The notes under the pieces were generated by a model, which saw only the letters and a program-made list of their open reading frames with translations, made no database searches and was not told where the DNA came from. Of a DNA stretch of 64,000 bases, positions 8,971 through 19,056 are shown one piece after another (position 1 is the stretch's first letter; the number at the start of each line of letters is the position of its first letter). Source of the stretch: an uncultured Thermoplasmata archaeon (lineage in GTDB: Archaea; Thermoplasmatota; Thermoplasmata; Lutacidiplasmatales; UBA184); the NCBI GenBank assembly GCA_963773945.1, contig CAVZDD010000003.1, forward strand, positions 209,816 to 273,815, read 5' to 3'. A program made the translations under genes and the position numbers.

Positions 8971-10086
8971 GTGGGGTACCGAGTCACCCTAATCCCCGGA
9001 GACGGCATTGGACCGGAAGTCACGCGCGCGGCCCAACTCGTCGCCGAGGCGGCGGGAGTCTCCATCGAGTGGGAGGTCGTCGAGGCCGGCGAACCGGCCA
9101 TCCGTGCGAGCGGGACACCGCTCCCCACGACGGTGCTCGACTCGATCCGAAAGAATGGGGTCGCGCTCAAGGGTCCCATCACCACGCCGATCGGGAGCGG
9201 GTTCCGCTCCGTGAACGTCGCGCTTCGTACCGAACTGGACCTCTACGCGTCGGTCCGGCCCGCTCGCGCCATCGCCGGCGAGGGAACGCGGTATCCCGAG
9301 ACCGACCTGATCGTGGTCCGGGAAGCGACGGAGGGGCTCTACTCGGGCGTCGAGCACTGGGTCGACCGGGAACACTCCGCCGCCGAGACGGTGAACGTCA
9401 TCACCCGTCGGGCGTCCGATCGGGTCGTCAAATTCGCGTTCGACTTGGCCCGTCGGGACCACCGGAAGAAGGTGACCGGCGTCCACAAGGCGAACATCAT
9501 GAAGACGACCGGCGCGCTGTTCCAGACGGCGTTCCGGGAGATGGCGGCGAAGTATCCGGACATCCCGTCGGACGAGCGGCTCATCGACAACATGTGCATG
9601 CAACTCGTCAAGAGACCGTCGGAGTACGACGTCATTGTCACGACGAACCTGATGGGTGACATCCTCTCCGACCTCTGCGCCGGACTTGCCGGGGGCCTGG
9701 GAGTGGCGCCGGGGGCCGTGTACGGCGAGAAAGTGGCCCTTTTCGAGCCGGTGCACGGCTCCGCCCCCAAGTACGCCGGCCAGGACAAGGCCGACCCAGT
9801 GGCCGAAATCCTCAGTCTCGAACTGATGCTTCGGCACCTCGGGGAGCGCGACGCCGCGGACCGCATCTGGCGCGCCGTCTGGGAGGTCGTCGCCGAGAAG
9901 CGGGTCGTGACCTACGACCTGGCGCTCCCGGGCTACACGAACCGCCCCGTTCCGCCGTCCAGTTGCTCGGCGATGGCGAAGGAGATCGCGCGCAAAGTAC
10001 CCCTCGTGGACATGTCGAGCCCGCTCCCCCGACCCGCTGCCGCGGGAGCCGCTCCGGCATCGGATTCGGCGCTCGAAACCGGTTAG
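8971..10086 (+). CDS. Isocitrate/isopropylmalate dehydrogenase family protein (NAD-IDH-like)
   Basis: LIPGDGIGPEV, ALKGPITTP, SVNVALR, VHKANIMK, NLMGDILSDL, FEPVHGSAP. Confidence 0.92.
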   Translation: MGYRVTLIPGDGIGPEVTRAAQLVAEAAGVSIEWEVVEAGEPAIRASGTPLPTTVLDSIRKNGVALKGPITTPIGSGFRSVNVALRTELDLYASVRPARAIAGEGTRYPETDLIVVREATEGLYSGVEHWVDREHSAAETVNVITRRASDRVVKFAFDLARRDHRKKVTGVHKANIMKTTGALFQTAFREMAAKYPDIPSDERLIDNMCMQLVKRPSEYDVIVTTNLMGDILSDLCAGLAGGLGVAPGAVYGEKVALFEPVHGSAPKYAGQDKADPVAEILSLELMLRHLGERDAADRIWRAVWEVVAEKRVVTYDLALPGYTNRPVPPSSCSAMAKEIARKVPLVDMSSPLPRPAAAGAAPASDSALETG

Positions 10087-10176
10087 CGAAACGTCACCGC
10101 AGGCGACGGCCGTCCCCTTCCGGCCAGCCCCTCCGTCGGTAGGCTTATGGCTCGTCGGTCGCCCTTCTAAACGCCG

Positions 10177-10710
10177 ATGGCGGGCGCGGCGCGGGCGGTC
10201 CGAATCCGTCGGGATACCGATGGATCGATCGCCGTCGAGACCCCCACCGGGACGGCGCAGGCCGTTGCTTCGCGGGCGGCGGGTCAACGATTCACGAACT
10301 CCGCGGGGAGCACCCGGGCGCTTCGGACGTTCCTCATGTTCCTGATCGCGCTCGCCGCGATCTACGCGGTCTTCATGGAGTTCGCCGTCACCTCCGCCGC
10401 GACCGGCGCGAACACGACGGTCGAGGCCGTCCTTACGGCCGCCGTGGCGATCGCGCTCATCTTCGGCTGGTGGGTCACACTCGGACAAGCGCCGACGGTG
10501 GCGTATGTCCAAGGTGACAAGTTGGTCGTGCACGAACGGACGGGGCACCACCGACGATTCCCGCTGGAGGGACTCCGAGTCACCCTGCTTCGTTCGAACA
10601 GTAGGGGACTCTTGGGCCCGGACGCTACCGAATTCGTCGAGCTATCGATCGCCGGCGGGGTGCACCACACCTATCTCGTTGGAACCCACTTCTTCGACTT
10701 CGCGCATTAG
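10177..10710 (+). CDS. Hypothetical membrane protein (2 TM plus PH-like beta domain)
   Basis: Two hydrophobic helices followed by a soluble beta-rich tail; fills the gap between neighbours. Confidence 0.65.
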   Translation: MAGAARAVRIRRDTDGSIAVETPTGTAQAVASRAAGQRFTNSAGSTRALRTFLMFLIALAAIYAVFMEFAVTSAATGANTTVEAVLTAAVAIALIFGWWVTLGQAPTVAYVQGDKLVVHERTGHHRRFPLEGLRVTLLRSNSRGLLGPDATEFVELSIAGGVHHTYLVGTHFFDFAH

Positions 10711-10730
10711 GCGCGCGCCCGGACGAAGCG

Positions 10731-11111
10731 TTACTCGAGCAGGTCTTCGAGCTCGCTCGCGACGAGCGTGAGGAGCTGGTCGAGGGACCGGTTCTTGAGC
10801 TCGATGATCTGGGCGGTGTCGGTTTCGATCCGAGCGAGGAACTCGTCGCCGTCCCGGACAAAGGAGAGCGACAGAACATGGCGTCGCTCGTCCGGGTTCC
10901 GGGGCAGGAACGCGGGCTCGGGGGCGGCGGGGGCGGGTGTCGGGGAGGCTTTCGGCGCCGCTTTGCCCGAAGTGAGACGGACGGGCTTCGCCGAGGACGG
11001 GCGCGCGGGCTTCTTGGCGGGCGCCGCGCGAGCGGCGGGAGCCCGTTTCGCCGAAGGTCGGGCCGCCGGGCGTTTCGCCGGCGCGGACTTCTTCGGCTTC
11101 TTTACCGCCAT
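10731..11111 (-). CDS. Hypothetical protein, Lys/Ala/Pro/Arg-rich N-terminus plus small acidic C-terminal domain (126 aa)
   Basis: ATG at 11111 (MAVKKPKKSAPAKRP...) downstream of an AT-rich TATA-like box; the longer 330-aa call is a shadow of the opposite gene. Confidence 0.7.
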   Translation of the reverse strand: MAVKKPKKSAPAKRPAARPSAKRAPAARAAPAKKPARPSSAKPVRLTSGKAAPKASPTPAPAAPEPAFLPRNPDERRHVLSLSFVRDGDEFLARIETDTAQIIELKNRSLDQLLTLVASELEDLLE

Positions 11112-11147
11112 CCGAGAGAACCTCGAACCGCCCGCACCGTGGCCCCC

Positions 11148-11159
11148 TATTAAATTATA
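11148..11159. promoter_or_regulatory. TATA-like box between divergent genes
   Basis: TATTAAATTATA in GC-rich context between starts at 11111(-) and 11163(+). Confidence 0.55.
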
Positions 11160-11162
11160 CGG

Positions 11163-12912
11163 TTGATGACGTCGGGCCCTTTGGTGAACCGGACCGAGTT
11201 CGTCTGGCTGCTCGCGATAGCGTGCGTTCTCGTGTTCCTCGCCCTCGAGCCTCTCCTCTCCTTCGCCCTGTTCGGGTCGGATACCGGCGAGTCCTACCTG
11301 CTCACGGCCACGCTGGTCTCGACCGGACACTTCGCCGCCCAATACCCAGTCTATCAAGGGTGGGGGTCCGCGTATCCGGACTTCCCCGGAATCTTCGTGA
11401 TCTCGGGCGCGGTGTCGGGTTCCCTGGGCGTGGACCCGCTCTCGGCCCTGGTCTATACGGTACCGGTCCTCGGCGCACTCTCGGTCTTCCCGGTCTTCCT
11501 GTTGTTCCGGCGGCTCTTCCGGCACGACCTCATCGCGCTGCTCGGCGCCGCCTTCGCGGGAGTCGCGATGCCCCGAATGTTCACCCTCGCCCACCCGGCG
11601 CCCCAAGCCCTCGGAGATCTGCTCGTCGTCGCCGCCCTCTGGATGTACATCGAGGGCCGACGCGACCGCCGGTGGTACGTACCCCTCGCGCTGACATCCG
11701 GCGGACTGATCGTTACGCACCATCTTTCGAGTTACTTCTTCCTCCTCGCCGCGCTCGGAGGCGTTGTCCTGCTCGAGCTATGGAGACCCGGGGCCTGGGC
11801 CCGTCGGTTCCCGACGCGGGAGTTCGTGTTCTTCAGCCGGCTTTGTCGTCGCGATGCTAGCTTACTGGTTCTACTACGCCCCCCGGTTTCTCACGATCAC
11901 GCTCGGGCACATCGCCCTCATCGCGTCGGTTCCTCCGGCCGTCTTCATCGCGGCGGGGGTCGTAGGCGTAATCGTCCTCGGGCTTTTGGTCCATTTGCGC
12001 CGGCGTCGAACGACTTCGCGGGGCGGGCACACCCGATTCCCGTCCGACCGTTCGACCCTCAGCGAGATCGTGGTGATTGGGGCCGGGACCGCAGCGGGGC
12101 TGGCCCTTCTCTTCGTCCTACCATTGCCGCCGGGGAACCAGCACACCACGGCTGCCGAGCTCCTCTACTTTGCACCGTACTACCTCCCGCTCGCGCTGGC
12201 CGCCGGCACTCGACGACTCTTGTCGCTGTCCCGAATGGGGTCGTTTGCCGTCGCGTGGCTTGGCGTGCTCGGCCTCTCCGTCGCGGTCGCTTTCGCAATT
12301 CCCCAGGTCGGAACGCTGCTCATCCCGAGTCGTCACGTCGAGTTTCTTGCGATCCCGCTAGGCCTGCTGCTGGCCGTCGGCCTCGGACGCTGGATCGCCC
12401 GCGCGCAAGACCGGGCCGGCCCGCGGTGATTGCCCGGCGCCTGCGTGGCGATCCTGCTACTGGCCGCCAACGCCGCGATCGTCTATCCCCCGCCCTCCGA
12501 CTTCGGGGGCTTCCAGGAGGGTCTCACATTCCAGGACCAAGCCCTCTGGCTCTGGGGCGGGATCGGGCTCGCGCCGCAGACCGCCGTTGCGTCGGACCAC
12601 CGATTGAGCTCGATGATGTTCGGATTTGACAATCTCGCGACAACGTACCAAACCACACCCAACCTGTTCAACGGGAATAGCTGGGCGACCGCAGCCGCCG
12701 AGCTTCATGCGAGCGGAGCGCCACTGTTACCTAAGAGAGTCATCGACGCTGTGGCGATTGACGCGACAATGCACTCGGGAGTGGCGCTCCAGCCGGCGGA
12801 CCTGGCGCTCCCGTTGAGCCCCCAGGCAGTCCAATGGTTCCAGGCCCCGCCATTCATTCCGATCTACGAGAGCGGACCGCAGGTCATCTACTGGGTCGAC
12901 TGGGGCACGTAG
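11163..12912 (+). CDS. Polytopic membrane protein, GT-C/DUF2206-like putative glycosyltransferase; disrupted at ~11835 and ~12427
   Basis: GSDTGE and YPDFPG loop motifs after TM1, THHLSS, many TM helices, C-terminal soluble domain; continues across ORFs 11163, 11764 and 12430. Confidence 0.65.
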
Positions 12913-13616
12913 GGCGACAGCGTACCGTCCGGGGCCCAGATTTCGACCCGGGACCGTCCCTCCCGCGCCAGCAGGTCCAACACCCGCCGCGCCGCGATCA
13001 GCTTCCGCCGTTTGATACCCGGGGCGGGATCGCTGGCGTCCACGTGCTCGAAATCGAAGCCGTAGAGCAGGATCCGCGGGGCTCCCACGAACTCTGCCAT
13101 ATAGGCCGCCCGGTCGCCGTCGGTAAATCCCCCGAAGTTCACGAGGCCCCGCTCCGGCGGACCGGCCCAGGACCCGGCCAGCTCCCGGGGGAACTCGGGG
13201 GTCCACCGTTCCAGGGCCGGGAGGTTGTCCCCGTGGGCGTGGATCAGGACGAGGGCGCCCCGGGCGTTGGCGGTCACCTCGCTCGGGATGGGGCCGTCCA
13301 GGTCCGTTACGACCACGTCGGGGACGAGGCCACCGGCAAGGCACCGCTCTGCCGCTCCGTCCGCCACGACCAGCGCAGGGGCCACGTCGCTCCGAGGAAG
13401 CATCCAGACCGGGGGAGCCCCGGCCTTGGGAGCCAAGCCGACGACGATGGTGTCCCGGCCGCGTATTCGAGCACGGATCCGCTGCTCCGCCCGCTCGAGA
13501 GCGGGCTTTGGGAGCAACTCCACCAAACGTTTGGAAGCCGCCTGTTCTTTCTCGAACGGGAACCCGAACTCCGCCTGGATTCGCTCGTACTCAGGCGCCC
13601 ACTGTCGATACCGCAC
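12888..13616 (-). CDS. mptE: 6-hydroxymethyl-7,8-dihydropterin pyrophosphokinase MptE-like (DUF115)
   Basis: VVADGA, PDVVVTDLDG, IHAHGDN, NFGGFTDGDRA, LYGFDF. Confidence 0.88.
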   Translation of the reverse strand: MRYRQWAPEYERIQAEFGFPFEKEQAASKRLVELLPKPALERAEQRIRARIRGRDTIVVGLAPKAGAPPVWMLPRSDVAPALVVADGAAERCLAGGLVPDVVVTDLDGPIPSEVTANARGALVLIHAHGDNLPALERWTPEFPRELAGSWAGPPERGLVNFGGFTDGDRAAYMAEFVGAPRILLYGFDFEHVDASDPAPGIKRRKLIAARRVLDLLAREGRSRVEIWAPDGTLSPYVPQSTQ

Positions 13617-13644
13617 GATTCTGCTGACATTGGAGGCGTGACCC

Positions 13645-13651
13645 TTTATAA
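13645..13651. promoter_or_regulatory. TATA box of the divergent mptE / ftsZ promoter region
   Basis: TTTATAA about 30-35 nt from both start codons. Confidence 0.55.
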
Positions 13652-13687
13652 CCGCGCGGATGCTCTCCTCGCCGAGGAACGCTCAAC

Positions 13688-14812
13688 ATGCGTCCATTGG
13701 CCCAAGAGATACTCGCGCACCTGCCCATGGACAAGAAATCGGGCCCTGCCAGCCCTCCTCCTCCTTCGAGCGACGACGCGGAGCTCGAGGCGGTTCTCGC
13801 CTCGCTCAAGACCAACATCAAGGTCGTCGGCTGCGGGGGCGGTGGGTGCAACACCATCAACCGACTCTCGGAAGAGGGCCTAGCCGGTGCCGAGATGGTG
13901 GCGTGCAACACCGATGCGCAGCATCTCCTGGCAATTCATGCCCCTAAGAAAATCCTCCTCGGACGACGGCTGACCCGTGGGCTCGGCGCCGGCGCGATCC
14001 CGATGGTCGGCGAGCAGGCCGCTCGTGAGGCCGAGGACGAGATCAAGAAGGCGCTCAAGGACTCGGACATGGTTTTTATCACCCTTGGGCTCGGCGGCGG
14101 GACCGGGACCGGTTCGGCGGGCGTCGTCGCGCAGTTGGCCAAGGAGACGAACGGCGGGGACGCGCTCACGATCGCCGTTTGCACACTTCCGTTCGCCTCG
14201 GAAGGTCTCGTACGCGCCGAGAACGCAATGTGGGGACTCGAGAAGCTGCGCCAATCGATCGACACGGTCATTACGATCCCGAACGACCGACTCCTGGAAC
14301 TCGTACCCCGCCTACCGATCCAAACCGCGTTCAAAGTGGCGGACTCCGTCCTAGCGCGCTCGATCCGGGGCATCACGGAGATCATCACTCGGCCCGGGCT
14401 CGTGAATCTCGATTTCAACGACCTCCGGACGATCATGAAGGGTGGCGGCGTCGCCCTCATCGGCATCGGCGAGTCGGAGAGCGAGAATCGGGCGGAGGAC
14501 GCCGTGCTGGAGGCCATCAACTCCCCGCTCCTCAAGGTCGATATCGGTGGCGCGACGGGCGCCCTCATCAACGTCACCGGCGGCCCCGACATGACCGTCA
14601 GCGAGGCCCAGAAGGCCGCTGAGGTCGTCCAGAAGGCCGTCTCCCCCACGGCCCGCATCATCTGGGGCGCGGCGGTCGACCCCACGATGCAGAACACGAT
14701 CCGCGTGATGTTGGTGGTCACCGGAGTTAAATCCCCCCAGATTCTCGGCAGCCAGCCGAGCGGCGCGCCGGGAGCCCGGAAGCAGGGCCCCGAGCTCGAC
14801 TTGGTTCGGTAA
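13688..14812 (+). CDS. ftsZ: Cell division protein FtsZ (FtsZ1-type context)
   Basis: [33 protein letters not shown]; conserved ftsZ-secE-spt5-rpl11 synteny. Confidence 0.97.
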   Translation: MRPLAQEILAHLPMDKKSGPASPPPPSSDDAELEAVLASLKTNIKVVGCGGGGCNTINRLSEEGLAGAEMVACNTDAQHLLAIHAPKKILLGRRLTRGLGAGAIPMVGEQAAREAEDEIKKALKDSDMVFITLGLGGGTGTGSAGVVAQLAKETNGGDALTIAVCTLPFASEGLVRAENAMWGLEKLRQSIDTVITIPNDRLLELVPRLPIQTAFKVADSVLARSIRGITEIITRPGLVNLDFNDLRTIMKGGGVALIGIGESESENRAEDAVLEAINSPLLKVDIGGATGALINVTGGPDMTVSEAQKAAEVVQKAVSPTARIIWGAAVDPTMQNTIRVMLVVTGVKSPQILGSQPSGAPGARKQGPELDLVR

Positions 14813-14821
14813 GCAGGTAGC

Positions 14822-15070
14822 ATGGCGTTCCTCGACCGCGCTCGTCGCGTGCAGGATCAATTCGACGGCCGGCTGCGGCAGGTCGGTCACGGCCGGTACG
14901 GCCGGATCCTTCGGATGGCGCGCAAGCCCCAAGCCGACGAGTACGTACGCGTGCTCGAGATCACCGCCATCGGCGCGGTGATCGTCGGAAGTGTCGGCTT
15001 CATGCTGTACATCTTTTTCACCCAGGTCGGGCCCTGGCTGTGGGCCGCCGCGGCCTCGGCTGGCATCTGA
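14822..15070 (+). CDS. secE: Protein translocase SecE/Sec61 gamma
   Basis: YGRILRMARKP..DEY followed by one TM helix; synteny. Confidence 0.92.
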   Translation: MAFLDRARRVQDQFDGRLRQVGHGRYGRILRMARKPQADEYVRVLEITAIGAVIVGSVGFMLYIFFTQVGPWLWAAAASAGI

Positions 15071-15078
15071 GCGCAACC

Positions 15079-16077
15079 ATGGAAGGCACTCCCCCCGAGG
15101 AAGGCATCGGCCTACTGACCGGCGAAGAGCCGGTCGCCCCGACGGCGCCCAAGCCCAAGGAAGCGACCACCCCGTTCGTGCGGACCCCCAGTCCCGTCGC
15201 CCCCACCCCGCCGCCCCTCCAGACCGGGATCTTGACGCTCGACGTCGCGGATGAGAAGAACCGCGAGGTCACCGCCGGCACCGTGACCGACGTGTCGGTC
15301 GTGATCAAGAGCGCGCACCCCGAGGATGCGACTCTTCACCTCACCACCGAATTCGCTTACACTTCGACCTACCCCGGGGAGGGCGCCGAGTGGCCCGTTT
15401 CCTGGATGCTCCCCGGCAAGAAGTCCTTCGTCGAGCTCGTCGCGCGACGCACCGAGGGGAAGCTCACCGTGAAACCCAATGTTCCCGTCGTCCTCACGTT
15501 CGAGGTCACCGCTCCCGTGGGCGTCCGCTACGGCGACCGGATGGAGGTCCGGCTCAATGCTCGCCTCGAGGACCTTAACGTGGCGCCCGCGAAACTCACG
15601 TTGACGTGGAGCGCCCGGCAATCGCTGCTCGCGATCAAGACGTCTCGCGGGTACGAACGCGAAGTCGCCGACTCGCTCCTCACCCGGGCCGAAGAGAAGC
15701 CCGACGTGCTGTTCGCGATCCTGGTCCCGGCGGCGCTCCGCGGCTACGTCTTCGCCGAAGGCATGAGTTTCGAAAGCGTTCGGGAGATGCTGCGCGGCAT
15801 CCGCAAGGCGCGCGGACTGGTCCAGGGCGAGACGACCCTCAAGGAAGTCGAGCCCCTGCTCGTGCCGAAGATCACCGTCGAAGGGTTCGTGGAGGGCGCC
15901 ATCGTGGAGCTCATCGCCGGGCCGTTCAAGGGGGAAAAGGCCCGGGTCAAGAAGATCGACCAAGGGAAGGAACAGATCACCGTGGAGCTGATCGAGGCCG
16001 TCGTGCCCATTCCCGTCACCGTCCGAGGCGACCACGTCCGCATGCTAGAACGAGGAGGCGGCAAGAGTGGCTCCTGA
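15079..16077 (+). CDS. spt5: Transcription elongation factor Spt5 (NGN+KOW) with ~180-aa N-terminal extension
   Basis: AIKTSRGYEREVAD, LRGYVFAE, VELIAGPFKGEKARV, PIPVTV; ATG at 15079. Confidence 0.92.
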   Translation: MEGTPPEEGIGLLTGEEPVAPTAPKPKEATTPFVRTPSPVAPTPPPLQTGILTLDVADEKNREVTAGTVTDVSVVIKSAHPEDATLHLTTEFAYTSTYPGEGAEWPVSWMLPGKKSFVELVARRTEGKLTVKPNVPVVLTFEVTAPVGVRYGDRMEVRLNARLEDLNVAPAKLTLTWSARQSLLAIKTSRGYEREVADSLLTRAEEKPDVLFAILVPAALRGYVFAEGMSFESVREMLRGIRKARGLVQGETTLKEVEPLLVPKITVEGFVEGAIVELIAGPFKGEKARVKKIDQGKEQITVELIEAVVPIPVTVRGDHVRMLERGGGKSGS

Positions 16078-16537
16078 AGTCAGCGTGCTCGTCGAGGGGG
16101 GCAAGGCGGCCGCCGGCGCGGCGTTGGGCGCGGCCCTGGGTCCGCTCGGTGTCAACGTGGGTCAGGTCGTGACCCAGATCAACGAGAAGACGAAGCAGTT
16201 CGCCGGGATGAAGGTCCCCGTCCTGGTCAAGGTCGATGCCGGCACCCGCACGTTCACCCTCGAGGTCGGCCGACCGCCGACGGCGGCGCTTCTGCTCAAG
16301 GAGGCCGGCAAGGAGAAGGGCTCGGGGAAATCCAAGTCCGAGGTGATCGGGGACGTGTCGATGGATGCGGTTCGCGAGATCGCGAAGGCGAAGGGCGAGG
16401 ACCTCCGGGGCCGCTCCGATGACGAACAGGTCAACCAGGTGCTGGGCACCGCTGTCTCCATGGGCCTTACCGTCGATGGCGAGGACCCTCGGGCCATCCT
16501 GAAAAACCGTCTGGCCCCCAAGAAGAGCGCCAAATGA
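16067..16537 (+). CDS. rpl11: 50S ribosomal protein L11 (uL11)
   Basis: LVEGGKA, LGPLGVN, GMKVPV, PPTAALL, GTAVSMG. Confidence 0.95.
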   Translation: MAPEVSVLVEGGKAAAGAALGAALGPLGVNVGQVVTQINEKTKQFAGMKVPVLVKVDAGTRTFTLEVGRPPTAALLLKEAGKEKGSGKSKSEVIGDVSMDAVREIAKAKGEDLRGRSDDEQVNQVLGTAVSMGLTVDGEDPRAILKNRLAPKKSAK

Positions 16538-16827
16538 TGGGCCCCCCAGGCGCCCCGGCGGACCTCTCGAACGCCGAGATCGTCGACTACACGGTCATCG
16601 AGGGCGACGGACGACTCCGGCTCAAGTTGAAGGACGGCTCGATCGTGGAGATCCGCCTCGAGATCATGAACATCCTGCGCGCCGGCAACGACCCCAACAC
16701 CGGCCTGCCGACCTACGTCGTGCAATCCGCCCCGTTGGTCCGTCTGGTCGAGACGCCGAAGGAGTTGCGCAAGGCACCTCTCCGGCCCGGCAACAAGGAC
16801 GCGAAGGCGATCCAGGGCTTCGGCTGA
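16534..16827 (+). CDS. Hypothetical protein (97 aa, beta-rich), coupled to rpl11
   Basis: ATGA overlap with the rpl11 stop; LKDGSIVEIRL...DPNTGLPTYVVQS. Confidence 0.7.
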   Translation: MMGPPGAPADLSNAEIVDYTVIEGDGRLRLKLKDGSIVEIRLEIMNILRAGNDPNTGLPTYVVQSAPLVRLVETPKELRKAPLRPGNKDAKAIQGFG

Positions 16828-16830
16828 AGC

Positions 16831-17810
16831 TTAGACGCCCCGATATTCGGCCGGGTCCGCGACGAAGCGCGGGGGCTGGCCGGCGAAGAATCGCGCCAGG
16901 TTATCCAGCGCCGAGTTGAGCACGCCGGCGCGGCTCCCCGTCACGAAGCCGGCGTTGTGCGGCGTTCCGATGACGTTCGGCAACGCCGCGATCGGGAACT
17001 GGGAGCCGAGGGTACCTTTGGCGTAGTCCTCGAGCCACCAGGACTCGAGCCCGGCCCGGAAGTCCGGATGCGACTTTAGGTGCGCGAACAGGGCGGCCTC
17101 GTCGACGGTCCCTGCCCGTCCGACGTTCACATAGATCGCGTTGGGCTTCATGCCGCGGAGTTCCGCCGCGCCGACGGAGTTCCGGGTGGCGACGGTGAGC
17201 GGCCGACAATCGATCGCCACATCGGCCCGGGCCAGCGCGGCGCCCAGCTGGGAGGCCGGAAACATCCGGTCGCACCCCTCCCGGGCCGACCCATCCCGGT
17301 TCACCCCTTCGAGGACCGCCCCGAATGGGTGGAGGCGGGCCGCAATGGCTCGGGCAATCTCGCCGTACCCCAGAAGGAGTACCGTCCGACCCACGACGGA
17401 ACGGCTCTCGGGCGCCGGCGAAGCCGGCCGGCTTTGACGTTCTCCAAGCCGGCGGGCAGATTCCTCAAGAGGGCGAGCGTCAGGGTGATGGCCTGCTCGG
17501 CCACATACGGTGCGAAGGCCCCGACGTTCCCCGCGACCTTGACCGTCGCGGGAAAACGGTCGAACGGAAACCCGTCCAATCCGGTGTACAGTCGCTGAAC
17601 GAATTTCAACAGCGGCGCCTTGGCCGGGTCCCACTGGGGCAACTCCCGTTCGACCGCGCCGGTGAGAATGGCCTCGACCGCGGGCCAGGGCCCCACGGGA
17701 TTGGTGCTCGCGAACATGAACGGCACGGAGGGGAGCCGCGCCGCGATCGCCCGCGTCGTGTCGTCGGAGGGCGGGAGAGTTACCAAGAGCCGGGCGGCGG
17801 GAGCGGACAC
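16831..17810 (-). CDS. D-isomer-specific 2-hydroxyacid dehydrogenase, frameshifted near 17420
   Basis: TGLDG and VAEQA in the upstream frame; GYGEIA, YVNVGRAGTVDE and TPHNAG in the downstream frame. Confidence 0.85.
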
Positions 17811-17859
17811 GGCCTACCGAACGCTTCCCCCAGAAAAGAAGTGGGGAAGGGCCGCCCGC

Positions 17860-18378
17860 TCAGCGGATGTACCGGTTGGTCGACTCGGAGTCGAACCCGC
17901 GGACGATCTTGACCCGCTGGCCATCGCCCGTGCCGGCCCCGCGAAGCTGGGGGAATATCTCCCACAGGTCACCCCGGGCCAGCCGGGCCGCCGCGTGTTC
18001 TTCGCCGAGGGCTTGCGTGGCGACCCGCGAGACGATCTCCCGGTCCGTTCGCTCATCGAGGAATCCTAGGCTGTGCAGGTACTCGTGCAGAATCACGACA
18101 TAGAGGTAGGCGGTCCGTTGAGCCTGGGGCTCGGTCGCGTCGAGCACCCGGATCAGTCGCTCGTTGAGGATGATGATGTTGCCCGTAACCTGCCAGTAGG
18201 CCCCGATCTGCGCCGGTAACTCGCTCAAGCCGAGTCCGAGACCGACCCGTTCCTTGCCCAGAACACGCCGCACCGACTCGCGGACCACGGCGAAAACGTC
18301 GTCGTAGTTTCGGGCCTGGTCGAGGCGTTGGCCGAGCGAAGGCCAGCCCGTCGGGTGGTTCGGCATCGTAGGGGACAT
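17860..18378 (-). CDS. Hypothetical protein with HExxH zincin motif
   Basis: IGAYW..GNIIILN...VILHEYLHSLG..DE. Confidence 0.7.
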   Translation of the reverse strand: MSPTMPNHPTGWPSLGQRLDQARNYDDVFAVVRESVRRVLGKERVGLGLGLSELPAQIGAYWQVTGNIIILNERLIRVLDATEPQAQRTAYLYVVILHEYLHSLGFLDERTDREIVSRVATQALGEEHAAARLARGDLWEIFPQLRGAGTGDGQRVKIVRGFDSESTNRYIR

Positions 18379-18482
18379 CGAGAAGACTACGGTCGTTCAG
18401 GGGATGAACCCCGCGTTACCTTAGAATCAGTGCTGGCCCCAAGGAATAAGAACGCTCGACGGTCCGGAGATTTGGGCGAAGC

Positions 18483-18800
18483 GTGACCGACCTCAGCGAG
18501 AGACCCGCGGTACCCCCCGAGGATCGGGGCGGCGACGAGCGGATCGGGTACCGGGCGGGGGGCATCCTCCTCATCGTCGTAGGCTGGGGACTCGGCGTGG
18601 TCGTGAATGTCGTGCTACATCGGATGGCTCCCTCAACGGGGGAGATTGTAGGACCCTGGCACATTTACCCGGCCCTCGGGGTGTACGCCTTGGGCCTGGT
18701 GGGTTTGGGGGCCATCGCGGGCATCGTCGGGGTTTTCATGCTCTGGCTGGCGCTGCGATCCCCGCCGGGCAAACTGGTGCTCCCGGGCGCCTCGTACTGA
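18483..18800 (+). CDS. Small 2-TM membrane protein
   Basis: Two hydrophobic segments; divergent from 18378. Confidence 0.6.
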   Translation: MTDLSERPAVPPEDRGGDERIGYRAGGILLIVVGWGLGVVVNVVLHRMAPSTGEIVGPWHIYPALGVYALGLVGLGAIAGIVGVFMLWLALRSPPGKLVLPGASY

Positions 18801-18843
18801 GCACCGAGCGGCAGCCGTAACGGACGCCGCGGAGCAGAGTCGC

Positions 18844-19047
18844 TTACGACATCGGGGGACGCGGGCTCACCTTTCGCGAGGGCGGGTGGCCGGGGGTGGG
18901 GATTCCCTTCTGTTGCTTCAGCATCAGGGTGCAGTCGGCGCACCGCCGTTCATCCGAATCCAAGCATTTGTGACAATACGTCCGCCCGCAGATCGTGCAC
19001 CGGAGTGTCGCCGGTGCCCCACACTGGGCACAGCTGCCAACGAGCAT
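18844..19047 (-). CDS. Small zinc-finger protein
   Basis: CAQC-x7-CTIC-x4-CHKC-x7-CADC (8 Cys); last gene of the gatD operon. Confidence 0.75.
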   Translation of the reverse strand: MLVGSCAQCGAPATLRCTICGRTYCHKCLDSDERRCADCTLMLKQQKGIPTPGHPPSRKVSPRPPMS

Positions 19048-19056
19048 CAGTGGTCG

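Noticed and set aside
8989-10551. Long antisense ORFs (also 29648-31054, 41422-43599, 46436-47965, 55786-57669)
   Set aside because: Shadow frames of well-supported genes, expected at high GC, with no domain motifs
12427-12429. In-frame TGA as selenocysteine or readthrough
   Set aside because: It lies at a TM boundary with no Cys-type motif. A neighbouring frame reads AVIA, so two compensating indels explain it more simply
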